Shown: positions 1-7,726, counted from the first letter of the stretch. The stretch is DNA of 41,659 nucleotides from a virus (IMGVR_UViG_3300011339_000216:1-41659); one strand, 5' to 3'. Numbers and translations are program-made. Notes: a model not told the origin generated them from the letters alone.

Positions 1-2
1 GT

Positions 3-425
3 CCCGGCAGCACTGGAGCAACTGGAGCAACTGGCGCAACTGGCGCAACTGGGGCCACCGGTGCAACTGGTGTGACTGGAACTTCGGCTGACGCAGAAGC
101 AGCCGCAGCCGCAGCGGCAGCCGCAGACGCAGCAGAAGCCGCGCAAGCAGAGGCAGAAGCTGAATCGGAATCGGAATCTGAATCGGAATCGGAATCTGAA
201 TCAGAGTCTGAAAGTGAAAGCGGAGAAAACGAAGGAGGGACGAGCGCGGAAGCTGGTGTAAAACGCGGTGGAGCTATTACTGCTCGTCGCTTCCGTGCTG
301 CTGGCGGCCCTATTGATTTGACAGGGCGAAATGTCAAACGCCAAAAACCTATTGCCATCAAAAAATCAATGCCATCAACCGCTTTGATTAATAAGGCACT
401 TGGTGTAGTATCAAAAAAGACTTGA
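3..425 (+). CDS. 5'-truncated low-complexity protein (collagen-like G-A-T repeats, poly-Ala, (ES)n, two GG motifs)
   Basis: Frame is open from base 3 (PGSTGATGAT...), so the GTG at 72 is unlikely to be the true start; ends TGA at 425; contains VKRGG and RAAGG. Confidence 0.8.
   Translation, partial: PGSTGATGATGATGATGATGATGVTGTSADAEAAAAAAAAADAAEAAQAEAEAESESESESESESESESESESGENEGGTSAEAGVKRGGAITARRFRAAGGPIDLTGRNVKRQKPIAIKKSMPSTALINKALGVVSKKT
6..86 (+). repeat. Collagen-like Gly-X-Y tandem repeat (9-nt unit)
   Basis: GST-(GAT)x6-GVT-GTS; DNA unit ggN-gca-act. Confidence 0.9.
162..221 (+). repeat. Hexanucleotide tandem repeat encoding (Glu-Ser)10
   Basis: gaatcN x7, gagtct, gaaagt, gaaagc. Confidence 0.9.
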
Positions 426-479
426 GCCACCCAAGTTAACGGTGGCCCCCGGACGCGGGGCAACTCCAAGGAGAGACTG

Positions 480-2435
480 ATGTCTGACATGGCAAAAGCA
501 GCCCGCGCTGCAATGAAAGCAAAGGCCAAAAACCTTACTTCTTCCGGCGGCGATCCTAAAACAAAGGTAGATTCGTCTACTTGGACTCCGGCAGAGCCGC
601 TTAACACTGAGGTAAAGACTGGTCTGCGCCCTGTGTCACGCCGCGCTTTCAAAACCGGCGGCAAAGTTATGGGTGTCAAAGCCAAGGCAAATATGGGCAA
701 GAAAGCCCGCGCCAGTGGCGGTAAAGCCATGACCGCAGACAGCATGATCAACCGTAACGTCAAAGAGGCCAACGAAGAGCGTTCTGGCCTTAAGCATGTT
801 GGCGGCATGAAAAAAGGTGGCCGCGCCCATAAAAACGGTGGCGGCTGGTTTTCGGACAGCATTGACCGTTTGAAGGAAAGCGTTGGGCTGGGGCCAAAAA
901 GCAAATCAAGCCCATTCACCAATGAAGAGAGCAAAGAGCATTACCAAGCTCTTCGGGAAAACCGCCCTTCAGAAATGGACCGCAAAAAGTTGGCTGATAT
1001 GGCTGCTGCTGCCACTGATACCCGCAGCAATCAGGAAGCACAGCGCAAGCGCGGTGGCCGCACCAAGAAAGACATCGGCGGTATGCTTGGTGGCCCTATG
1101 GGCGGCTTGATCCCAATGGCAATGAATGCCATGCGTGACAAAGACGAAAAGAAAAACGGCGGGCGCACTAAAAAAGAGATTGGCGGCCCTCTGTCAGGGG
1201 CAAAAAAGATGCTGGACCGCTCTGTCCAACAGGCTGGCGTCCCATCTTCCACCATGTCATTTGGCAAGATTCAAAAAGGTGATCTTAGCCCTATGAAAGC
1301 GGCCGGTCTTAAAAAAGGCGGCGCAGCACATGATGATGTCAAAGAAGACAAAGCCTTGATCCGCAAGATGGTTAAGCCATCTGCCCGTATGGGCAAAGAA
1401 GGCGGCGGTGCTGGGATGCCTAAAAAAGGCAGTGCTGATGACATTGAACGTGGTTTGGCGCGTAATCTGCTGGCGCGGTCTATGGCTGAAAGCAAACTTC
1501 GGGATGCTGGCAAGAACCGCCTTTCTGACATTTCTGAAAACATGGGTTATGCCACGCACACGGAGCCACATGAGTTCCCTAAGCTGCTGTATCCCGGTGC
1601 TGGCCTAAAAAAAGGCGGTCGGGCTAAACGCGCTGACGGCGGCGGTATGCGCTCTGAAAGCACACAAATGGCAAAAGCCAAGAGCGATCTTCGTTCGGCT
1701 TATGACGATGCCAAGCCATCATACAACCCAATCAAAAACATTGGTGACATTGTTTCTGGCCGGGCTATGGAAAAAGGCGCAAGTCTTTCTAACGCTCTTG
1801 ACCGCAGCAAATCAGCGGAGCAGGAGACGGGTGGATACAAGAAAGGTGGCCGCACCAAACGTGCAACTGGCGGCGGTGTGTTCTCTGGCCCCGGCTATCC
1901 CGGTAAAGTCCCCGGCGCAACGGGCGGTCGCACCGCTCATGCCCGTGGCGGCAAAGCTGGCAAAGGCAAGACTGACATCAACATTGTCATTGCCGCTGGC
2001 AAGCCTGCTGGTGCCGGTGACATGATGCCGGGTGGCCCAACGCCTCCTCCGCCTCGTCCAGTCCCAGTTCCTCCTCCTGCTGCTGGTGGGCCTCCTCCTG
2101 CCGGAATGCCGATGCAGATGCCACCAATGCCACCACAGGGCGGTGCTGGCGGTCCTCCAATGGCTGGCGGTATGCCACCAATGCCACGCAAAGCTGGCGG
2201 TCGCATCACTAAAATCGCCCGTTCCTACAAAGACATGGAAGCTGGTGCTGGTTCTGGTGAAGGCCGTTTGCAGAAGACCGACATTGCCAAACGCACCATG
2301 CACAACAAGGGCGGCAAAGTGGGTCACCGCAACTACCGCAACTACGAAGATATGGACGCTGGCGCGGGTTCTGGTTTCGGTCGGTTGGAAAAGACTGAAA
2401 TGGCTCGTAAGAAAACGGGCATTCAGCTTGCTTAA
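480..2435 (+). CDS. 651-aa basic, probably disordered protein with ~18 x-[KA]-x-GG motifs; putative internal head protein or polyprotein
   Basis: SD aaggag upstream; FKTGG, RASGG, MKKGG, RKRGG, LKKGG, YKKGG, RKAGG etc.; Pro/Met-rich tract; duplicated YxDMxAGAGSGxGRLxKT near C-terminus. Confidence 0.85.
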   Translation: MSDMAKAARAAMKAKAKNLTSSGGDPKTKVDSSTWTPAEPLNTEVKTGLRPVSRRAFKTGGKVMGVKAKANMGKKARASGGKAMTADSMINRNVKEANEERSGLKHVGGMKKGGRAHKNGGGWFSDSIDRLKESVGLGPKSKSSPFTNEESKEHYQALRENRPSEMDRKKLADMAAAATDTRSNQEAQRKRGGRTKKDIGGMLGGPMGGLIPMAMNAMRDKDEKKNGGRTKKEIGGPLSGAKKMLDRSVQQAGVPSSTMSFGKIQKGDLSPMKAAGLKKGGAAHDDVKEDKALIRKMVKPSARMGKEGGGAGMPKKGSADDIERGLARNLLARSMAESKLRDAGKNRLSDISENMGYATHTEPHEFPKLLYPGAGLKKGGRAKRADGGGMRSESTQMAKAKSDLRSAYDDAKPSYNPIKNIGDIVSGRAMEKGASLSNALDRSKSAEQETGGYKKGGRTKRATGGGVFSGPGYPGKVPGATGGRTAHARGGKAGKGKTDINIVIAAGKPAGAGDMMPGGPTPPPPRPVPVPPPAAGGPPPAGMPMQMPPMPPQGGAGGPPMAGGMPPMPRKAGGRITKIARSYKDMEAGAGSGEGRLQKTDIAKRTMHNKGGKVGHRNYRNYEDMDAGAGSGFGRLEKTEMARKKTGIQLA

Positions 2436-2438
2436 CTA

Positions 2439-2527
2439 ATATGCGGCTCTGTTCCTCATCCTCAGAGCCGCGTATCGGGACGGAAACCTAGCCCCCCTAA
2501 GTTTCCGTCCCCACTAAATTAGGGGGG
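2439..2527 (+). promoter_or_regulatory. Structured intergenic RNA: 13-bp hairpin plus H-type pseudoknot covering the next SD
   Basis: 2439-2451/2463-2475 stem; 2477-2487/2501-2511 perfect 11 bp; loop cccccctaa (2492-2500) complementary to ttagggggg (2519-2527). Confidence 0.65.
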
Positions 2528-2533
2528 ATAACT

Positions 2534-2758
2534 ATGCCGGGGGGCAATATGCAAACTTATAATACACTGTTCCAAAAAGAACTGACTAAGCTGATAAACG
2601 TAGAAATTGAAATGCTAAAAGAGAATCTTACGAGAATCCATCACAAAGAAGGGTTTGATTTTTCTTCCTACAAGCAAATTGTAGGGAGAATTGAAGGCTT
2701 GCGAGCAGCGTTAAGTCACTGCGAAGAAGCCGAAAATATCGTCAATGGCACACTTTAA
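2534..2758 (+). CDS. Small helical hypothetical protein of the head module (alternative start 2549)
   Basis: ORF with G-rich SD; YKQIVGRIEGL motif; lies directly before the GroES-like gene. Confidence 0.75.
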   Translation: MPGGNMQTYNTLFQKELTKLINVEIEMLKENLTRIHHKEGFDFSSYKQIVGRIEGLRAALSHCEEAENIVNGTL

Positions 2759-2770
2759 AAGGGGGTAAAA

Positions 2771-3163
2771 ATGCCGTTTATGATCATGCAACATGAAACC
2801 GACCCAGCCAAGGCTATCTTGGATGAAATTGGTGACATTTCTAATGTAGAAGTATTCAATAACCAGCTTTTGGTGGCTGTATACATCCGCCCAGAGAAAA
2901 CTAAATCAGGACTTCTTCTCCCGGGTCAAACCCGTGACGAAGATAAATTCCAATCCAAAGTAGGGTTGGTGCTTAAAAAGGGTCCTTCGGCTTTCCAAGA
3001 CACAAGCGGAGAATGGTTTCAAGGCATTGATATTGATGTCAAGGAATGGATCATTATGCGCTCGTCTGATGGTTGGAGCATCACTGTAAATGGCGTTTTA
3101 TGCCGAATGATTGATGATATGAACGTCCGTGGGCGTGTCGATCATCCAGACCGTGTATGGTAA
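2771..3163 (+). CDS. groES: GroES/Cpn10-like co-chaperonin
   Basis: LLVAVYIRPEKTKSGLLLP mobile-loop motif followed by GLVLKKGPSAF and a terminal RMIDD motif. Confidence 0.8.
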   Translation: MPFMIMQHETDPAKAILDEIGDISNVEVFNNQLLVAVYIRPEKTKSGLLLPGQTRDEDKFQSKVGLVLKKGPSAFQDTSGEWFQGIDIDVKEWIIMRSSDGWSITVNGVLCRMIDDMNVRGRVDHPDRVW

Positions 3164-3175
3164 TAGGAGATTATA

Positions 3176-4111
3176 ATGGCTAGAAAAAATAATACAGGAC
3201 AGGAATCCCTAGACCTTCCTGTTGAAGATCAAAATGAACCTCAGAACATCTTAATTGATGAGCCTGACGTTGCTGACGAGGTAGTTATTCTTGAAGCTGG
3301 CAATAAAAATGACCCGCTTGAAGATTCTATTGAAGAGCTTAAAGCCAAGCTAAAAGACACTAAGCAAAAATACAATGAGGAGAAAAAAGCTCGTCAAGAA
3401 GCCGAAAGTGTTGCGTATAAGGCTTCGGCAGAGTCGGAAGAAAACCAAATTCACCTTGTTTCTGGCGCGTTGGAGACCCTGCGGCGTGAACAGGAAATGC
3501 TTAAACACACCATGAAAGAAGTCATGGCTGTTGGTGACTTTGACCGTGCCGTGGAGCTTCAGGAGTCATTTCAATCAAACATCAACAAGATTACTCGTCT
3601 TGAAGATGGCTTGAATGAGATGAAAAATACCCCGCGCAGGGAGGCTCCCGCTCCTGCCCGTGACATTGTTGACACCCTGATGCAGCAAGTTACGCCCCGT
3701 TCAGCAAGGTGGCTGGATAGCAACCGTGAGCATTTGCAGGATTCTCGTATGCTGCGAATCATGGAACGCGCACACGGGGACGCTTTGGATAACCAGATTA
3801 TCCCGGAATCTGATGACTATTTCCGGTTTATTGAAAACCGGCTGGGCATTGGTAAAACCAAAGAAGCATCTCGCAACTCACGGTATGACGATGACGATGA
3901 CGTAATGTCTGGCGCGTCTAATTCCACAAACCGCCGCCAATCTGCTCCGGCTGCTGCACCTGTGTCACGCTCTTCCGGTGGCCCAACTGGCAACCCGCGT
4001 GTTATTCGTTTGACACCGGATCAGGCAGAAGCTGCCCGGATTTCTGGCATTAGCCCCAAAGAATATTGGGAAAACCTTCAGGCGGAAAAGACCCGCAACA
4101 CCTCACACTAA
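3176..4111 (+). CDS. Putative capsid scaffolding protein
   Basis: Acidic N-terminus, long coiled coil, C-terminal IRLTPDQAEAARISGISPKEY helix pair; upstream of capsid genes; SD aggag. Confidence 0.6.
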   Translation: MARKNNTGQESLDLPVEDQNEPQNILIDEPDVADEVVILEAGNKNDPLEDSIEELKAKLKDTKQKYNEEKKARQEAESVAYKASAESEENQIHLVSGALETLRREQEMLKHTMKEVMAVGDFDRAVELQESFQSNINKITRLEDGLNEMKNTPRREAPAPARDIVDTLMQQVTPRSARWLDSNREHLQDSRMLRIMERAHGDALDNQIIPESDDYFRFIENRLGIGKTKEASRNSRYDDDDDVMSGASNSTNRRQSAPAAAPVSRSSGGPTGNPRVIRLTPDQAEAARISGISPKEYWENLQAEKTRNTSH

Positions 4112-4122
4112 GGATATAAGTT

Positions 4123-4722
4123 ATGGAAACTGTAAAAGCCCGCCGTGGTCGCCCTGCTCGTAAAGAGCCATCTTTGCTTGAAAAGGCTCTCCACGCAGAA
4201 AATGCACCAGTAGAAGTTGCTGCTGCTCCAGTGTCAGATCGTCCATCTATGCGCCCATCTATGCGTGAAGATGATCCAAGGGCTGCTGCTGCCCGCCGTG
4301 CTGCGGAAATCCGTGGCCATTTGGGTGATCTTGATGAAGGAACTGATGAGTTCCGCGCTCCTCCCGCGCCAGATGGTTGGACCTATCAGTGGAAGCGCAG
4401 GGTAAATCTTGGGCAGGAAGACCCAGCCTATCAGGTTAAATTGGCCCGTGATGGGTGGGAACCTGTGCCAACTGAGCGTCATCCCGAGACAATGCCGCAT
4501 GATGGCAAGAACCCAATCATTGAACGTAAGGGCATGGTGCTAATGCAAATGCCAACTTCAATCATTGAAGAAAAGCGCAACATTGAACTCCGCCGTGCCA
4601 GAGGTCAGGTTCTTGGTAAGCAACAACAGCTTTCACAAGCTCCTGAAGGTCAATTTGAACGCAGTTCCAAAGAGACCAAGATCAGAAATAGTTATGAACC
4701 ACTACAGGTTCCAAACGAATAA
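4123..4722 (+). CDS. Hypothetical head-module protein
   Basis: ORF between scaffold and capsid genes; PDGWTYQWKR...DGWEPV...IERKGMVLM. Confidence 0.75.
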   Translation: METVKARRGRPARKEPSLLEKALHAENAPVEVAAAPVSDRPSMRPSMREDDPRAAAARRAAEIRGHLGDLDEGTDEFRAPPAPDGWTYQWKRRVNLGQEDPAYQVKLARDGWEPVPTERHPETMPHDGKNPIIERKGMVLMQMPTSIIEEKRNIELRRARGQVLGKQQQLSQAPEGQFERSSKETKIRNSYEPLQVPNE

Positions 4723-4728
4723 GTGACA

Positions 4729-4754
4729 AAAGGGCCGTGTAACAGCGGCCCTTT
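4729..4754 (+). terminator. Intrinsic terminator-like hairpin
   Basis: aaagggccgt-gtaaca-gcggcccttt directly after stop; short T run. Confidence 0.65.
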
Positions 4755-4780
4755 ACATTTATGGCATGGCATAGTATTAT
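4752..4780 (+). promoter_or_regulatory. Sigma70-type promoter for the capsid genes
   Basis: TTTACA-N17-TATTAT overlapping the 3' end of the terminator. Confidence 0.55.
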
Positions 4781-4804
4781 TTTGTCATGATCCTTATTGG
4801 ACAT

Positions 4805-4864
4805 GCCTTCCCCCGGCGCGGAAGGTTCGCCTATTCCCGGTTCTAAGTCTCCCCGGTGCGAGAT
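4805..4864 (+). promoter_or_regulatory. Two leader hairpins sharing a CCCGGYGC loop
   Basis: gccttcc-CCCGGCGC-ggaaggt and gtctc-CCCGGTGC-gagat. Confidence 0.55.
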
Positions 4865-4896
4865 GATGAGCTTTCCCGTTAAAAGGAGAACCCGTC

Positions 4897-5478
4897 ATGG
4901 CGAACACAAATACGCCTTTCGGTTTCCGTCAGTACAGCGGCACTGGGTCGTCCCCGACCTATGAACAAGTTGCTGGTCAGACGGCTTATAATGCTTCTGC
5001 AATTTATTACGGCGATCCCGTACAGCTTAATACTGACGGCTTGATCATTGTCGGCACTGGCTCGGCAACGATTGCTGGCGTTTACTCTGGTTGCCAGTAT
5101 CTGTCGGTATCTCAGAAGCGCACAGTATGGTCCAACTATTGGCCCGGTTCTGACGTTGCCTCTGGCAATGTTGTGACCAGCTACTATGTCAATGACCCCA
5201 ATGCAAAGTTCATTGCTCAGACTGACGCAACTGGCCTTACTCAGGCTGGTGTTGGTGCAAACATTGGTTTTGCCATTGGCACTCCGAATACTGCTTCTGG
5301 CATTTCTGGTGCTTACATTGACGTTTCGACCATTAGCCCATCAACCACCACATTGCCTTTCCGTGTTGTCTCCCTTGTCACTCAGCCTCCCGGCGTGAAT
5401 GGCACGGAAGCTGGCGCGTATAACCTTGCGATTGTGGCCTTCAACAGCGTTACTACTAAAACGCTTGTTGGCATCTAA
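4897..5478 (+). CDS. Putative auxiliary/decoration capsid protein
   Basis: Strong SD aaaaggag; MANTNTPFGF, AIYYGDPV, VNDPNAKF motifs; immediately before the MCP. Confidence 0.65.
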   Translation: MANTNTPFGFRQYSGTGSSPTYEQVAGQTAYNASAIYYGDPVQLNTDGLIIVGTGSATIAGVYSGCQYLSVSQKRTVWSNYWPGSDVASGNVVTSYYVNDPNAKFIAQTDATGLTQAGVGANIGFAIGTPNTASGISGAYIDVSTISPSTTTLPFRVVSLVTQPPGVNGTEAGAYNLAIVAFNSVTTKTLVGI

Positions 5479-5491
5479 GGAGTAAAGTGTC

Positions 5492-6406
5492 ATGGCTGTC
5501 AATTTAAGTGCCATTAAAGACCTTCTGCTCCCGGGCCTCCGTGGGGTAGAAGGCAAGTACGAGATGATCCCATCTCAGTACGACAAAATCTTCACCAAGC
5601 ATGATTCCAAAATGGCTTTGGAACGCACCGCTGAAATGCGTTACCTCGGCTATGCACAGTTGAAAACTGAAGGCGGTCAGACTGCTTTCGACAACAATGC
5701 TGGTGAACGTTACGTCTACAATCAGGAACACACTGAAATCGGCTTGGGGTATGCAATTACCCGTAAGGCGATTGACGACAACCTGTATAAGACTCAGTTC
5801 GCACCGTCGAACCTCGGCCTGATTGAATCTTTCCAGCAGACCAAGGAAATCTACGGCGCAAACGTGCTGAACACTGCAACCACCTATAACGCCTCAGTCG
5901 GCGGTGACGGTAAAGCTCTCTGCGCTACCGACCATCCGATTGATGGTGGCACGGTTTCTAACCGCGCTACTGTGGACGTTGATCTGAATGAATCGACCTT
6001 GCTGAATGCAATGATCGCCATTCGGACCAGCTTCAAGGATCAGGCTGGCCTGAAAGTGTTCGCCCGTGGTCGCAAGCTGATCATTGCTCCTGCAAACGAG
6101 CCGGTGGCAATCCGCTTGACGAAAACCGAACTGCGTCCCGGAACTTCGGACAACGATGTCAATGCCATTATGATGACCGCCGGGGGCCTCCCTGAAGGTT
6201 ATATGGTCAACGACTTCTTGACCTCGGCTTACCCTTGGTTCCTGCTTACGAACATTGATGGTCTCTCCTATATGGAACGCATTAAGTTCGAAACAGACAT
6301 GCAAGTCGACTTTGTGACGGACAACTTGCTGGTTAAGGGATACGAACGCTACTCGTTCGGATATTATAATTGGCGGTCGATCTGGGGTTCGTTCCCGACT
6401 TCGTAA
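5492..6406 (+). CDS. Major capsid protein (HK97 fold, Mu gpT-related type)
   Basis: SD taaggag; LLPGL, KTEGG, GYAITRKAIDDNLY, GGDGKALCATDHP, KGYERYSFG motifs; followed by a terminator. Confidence 0.85.
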   Translation: MAVNLSAIKDLLLPGLRGVEGKYEMIPSQYDKIFTKHDSKMALERTAEMRYLGYAQLKTEGGQTAFDNNAGERYVYNQEHTEIGLGYAITRKAIDDNLYKTQFAPSNLGLIESFQQTKEIYGANVLNTATTYNASVGGDGKALCATDHPIDGGTVSNRATVDVDLNESTLLNAMIAIRTSFKDQAGLKVFARGRKLIIAPANEPVAIRLTKTELRPGTSDNDVNAIMMTAGGLPEGYMVNDFLTSAYPWFLLTNIDGLSYMERIKFETDMQVDFVTDNLLVKGYERYSFGYYNWRSIWGSFPTS

Positions 6407-6410
6407 CAGT

Positions 6411-6440
6411 AGGGCGGGGTGTAAAAGCCCCGCCTTTTAT
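6411..6440 (+). terminator. Intrinsic terminator after the MCP
   Basis: agggcggggt-gtaaaa-gccccgcctt then ttat. Confidence 0.8.
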
Positions 6441-6510
6441 CTAGGCTCCTTAAGCATACAGACCGGCCTAGCGGATGCTGCACAAACTGTATGCTGACTC
6501 GTGCAGGAGG
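6441..6510 (+). ncRNA. Candidate cis-acting structured RNA (interlocked double pseudoknot)
   Basis: P1 6441-6447/6465-6471; P2 6453-6461/6487-6495 (perfect 9 bp); P3 6478-6483/6501-6506; abuts SD aggagg. Confidence 0.65.
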
Positions 6511-6515
6511 TTCTC

Positions 6516-6962
6516 ATGGGAACATCTACATTTACTGGCCCAATCAAGGCTGGCGATGTTCTTGACACAACTGGCACTACGCCGGGAACTGTTAAGAATG
6601 TTGGGTTTGTTGCGATGGCACAGACCGCTTCGATCACTCAGGCTGGCTCGGCAACCGCTTATAAGACAGGCATTTGCATTCCAGCCTATAGTCACATTCT
6701 GAACATCCAGTTTCTGAATACGACTGCTTGGGCTTCGACCAACACTCTCAGCGTTGGAACCAGTGCGACAGCGAATGAGCTTGTTGCTAGTGTGGCTATG
6801 ATTCAAGGGCAAGTTTCGGCTGGCCCCGGAACCGATGCTACTCGCACAGGTAATTGGTCAAATGTTGGCGCGTCTGACGTGATCATTTATGTTCTTTCTA
6901 CAAACACTGGTGCTGGAGTGGGCGACATTATTGTTCGCTACATTCAGGCCGAAAACGCTTAA
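6516..6962 (+). CDS. Putative virion structural protein
   Basis: ATG at 6516 after SD aggagg (preferred over GTG 6501); MGTSTFTGPIKAG, beta-rich composition. Confidence 0.75.
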   Translation: MGTSTFTGPIKAGDVLDTTGTTPGTVKNVGFVAMAQTASITQAGSATAYKTGICIPAYSHILNIQFLNTTAWASTNTLSVGTSATANELVASVAMIQGQVSAGPGTDATRTGNWSNVGASDVIIYVLSTNTGAGVGDIIVRYIQAENA

Positions 6963-6982
6963 TTAGCTATTAGGAGGCTAAC

Positions 6983-7252
6983 ATGAAGGGTCGTTCCAAA
7001 CGTGCATCCGGCGGTGTCAACGAAGCCGCTCAGGACGCTGCTAAAAAGAACATGCGCTATACCTACCAGAGCAACGTCAATGAAGAAGCTGAAAAGCGGA
7101 AGCATGGCGGCAAGGTCGGTGGTGCTAAGGCAAAGGGTGGCATGTGCCGCACTCCTCGCAAGTCGGGCGGTCGTCTGGCTGGCGGTGATTGGATGGCAGC
7201 TCAGAAAAGCATCCCTGCAAAGGGCCGCAATGTTTCTGGCTCCATTGACTAA
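6983..7252 (+). CDS. Small basic protein carrying 4-5 GG motifs
   Basis: SD taggagg; RASGG, RKHGG, KAKGG, RKSGG. Confidence 0.8.
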   Translation: MKGRSKRASGGVNEAAQDAAKKNMRYTYQSNVNEEAEKRKHGGKVGGAKAKGGMCRTPRKSGGRLAGGDWMAAQKSIPAKGRNVSGSID

Positions 7253-7280
7253 TCCCCGTATTGCTTCAAGATAATTACAG

Positions 7281-7307
7281 CGGGGGCCTTTGCGCCCCCG
7301 TTTGTCT
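7281..7307 (+). terminator. Possible intrinsic terminator
   Basis: cgggggc-ctttgc-gcccccg followed by tttgtct. Confidence 0.55.
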
Positions 7308-7319
7308 AAGGAGGGGCTT

Positions 7320-7562
7320 ATGTCTGGCGCGTGGACTCGTAAAGAAGGTAAATCTCCCAGTGGGGGTCTTAACGATAAGGGCCGCGCTTCTGCCCGTGCA
7401 GAGGGCCATAACCTTAAAGCTCCTACGAAAGATGCCGACAATCCGCGTCATAAGTCATTCTGTGAGCGGATGACGGGTATGAAACGCAAATTGACAGGCT
7501 CGGCAACTGCTGCTGACCCTGATAGTCGCATTAACAAATCTTTACGGAAATGGGGCTGCTAA
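7320..7562 (+). CDS. Small basic phage protein (DUF6321-like)
   Basis: SD aaggagg before ATG 7320; AWTRKEGKSPSGGLNDKGRAS...SFCERM...SRINKSLRKWGC. Confidence 0.75.
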   Translation: MSGAWTRKEGKSPSGGLNDKGRASARAEGHNLKAPTKDADNPRHKSFCERMTGMKRKLTGSATAADPDSRINKSLRKWGC

Positions 7563-7563
7563 G

Positions 7564-7725
7564 ATGTCAAAAAAACCTTTTTGGGAGACTGACGCGCCAA
7601 AAGATGCTACATCTAAGCATCTGGACCATAAGCAGAAGGCGAAAGCTAAAGCTATGGCACGGGCAGCGGGCCGGCCATATCCTAACTTGGTAGATAACGT
7701 CCGCGCTGGAAAAAAAGGGTCTTAA
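7564..7725 (+). CDS. 53-aa basic protein missing from the ORF track
   Basis: Manual translation MSKKPFWETDAPK...AKAMARAAGRPYPNLVDNVRAGKKGS*; fills the gap with 1-nt spacers on both sides. Confidence 0.75.
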   Translation: MSKKPFWETDAPKDATSKHLDHKQKAKAKAMARAAGRPYPNLVDNVRAGKKGS

Positions 7726-7726
7726 C

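Noticed and set aside
480-2435. CRISPR-like DNA array
   Set aside because: Repetition is at the peptide level with degenerate codons and irregular long spacers; no cas genes
2433-2522. Stop-codon readthrough stimulated by the downstream hairpin
   Set aside because: The extension hits TAG after about 28 codons and joins no gene
6441-6510. HDV-like or pistol ribozyme
   Set aside because: Helix order lacks the nested P3/L3 of HDV and I see no pistol consensus; kept only as an unassigned RNA
7253-7300. Antiterminator pairing tccccgt with the terminator 5' arm
   Set aside because: Only 7 bp with two G-U pairs in a G/C run; chance is likely
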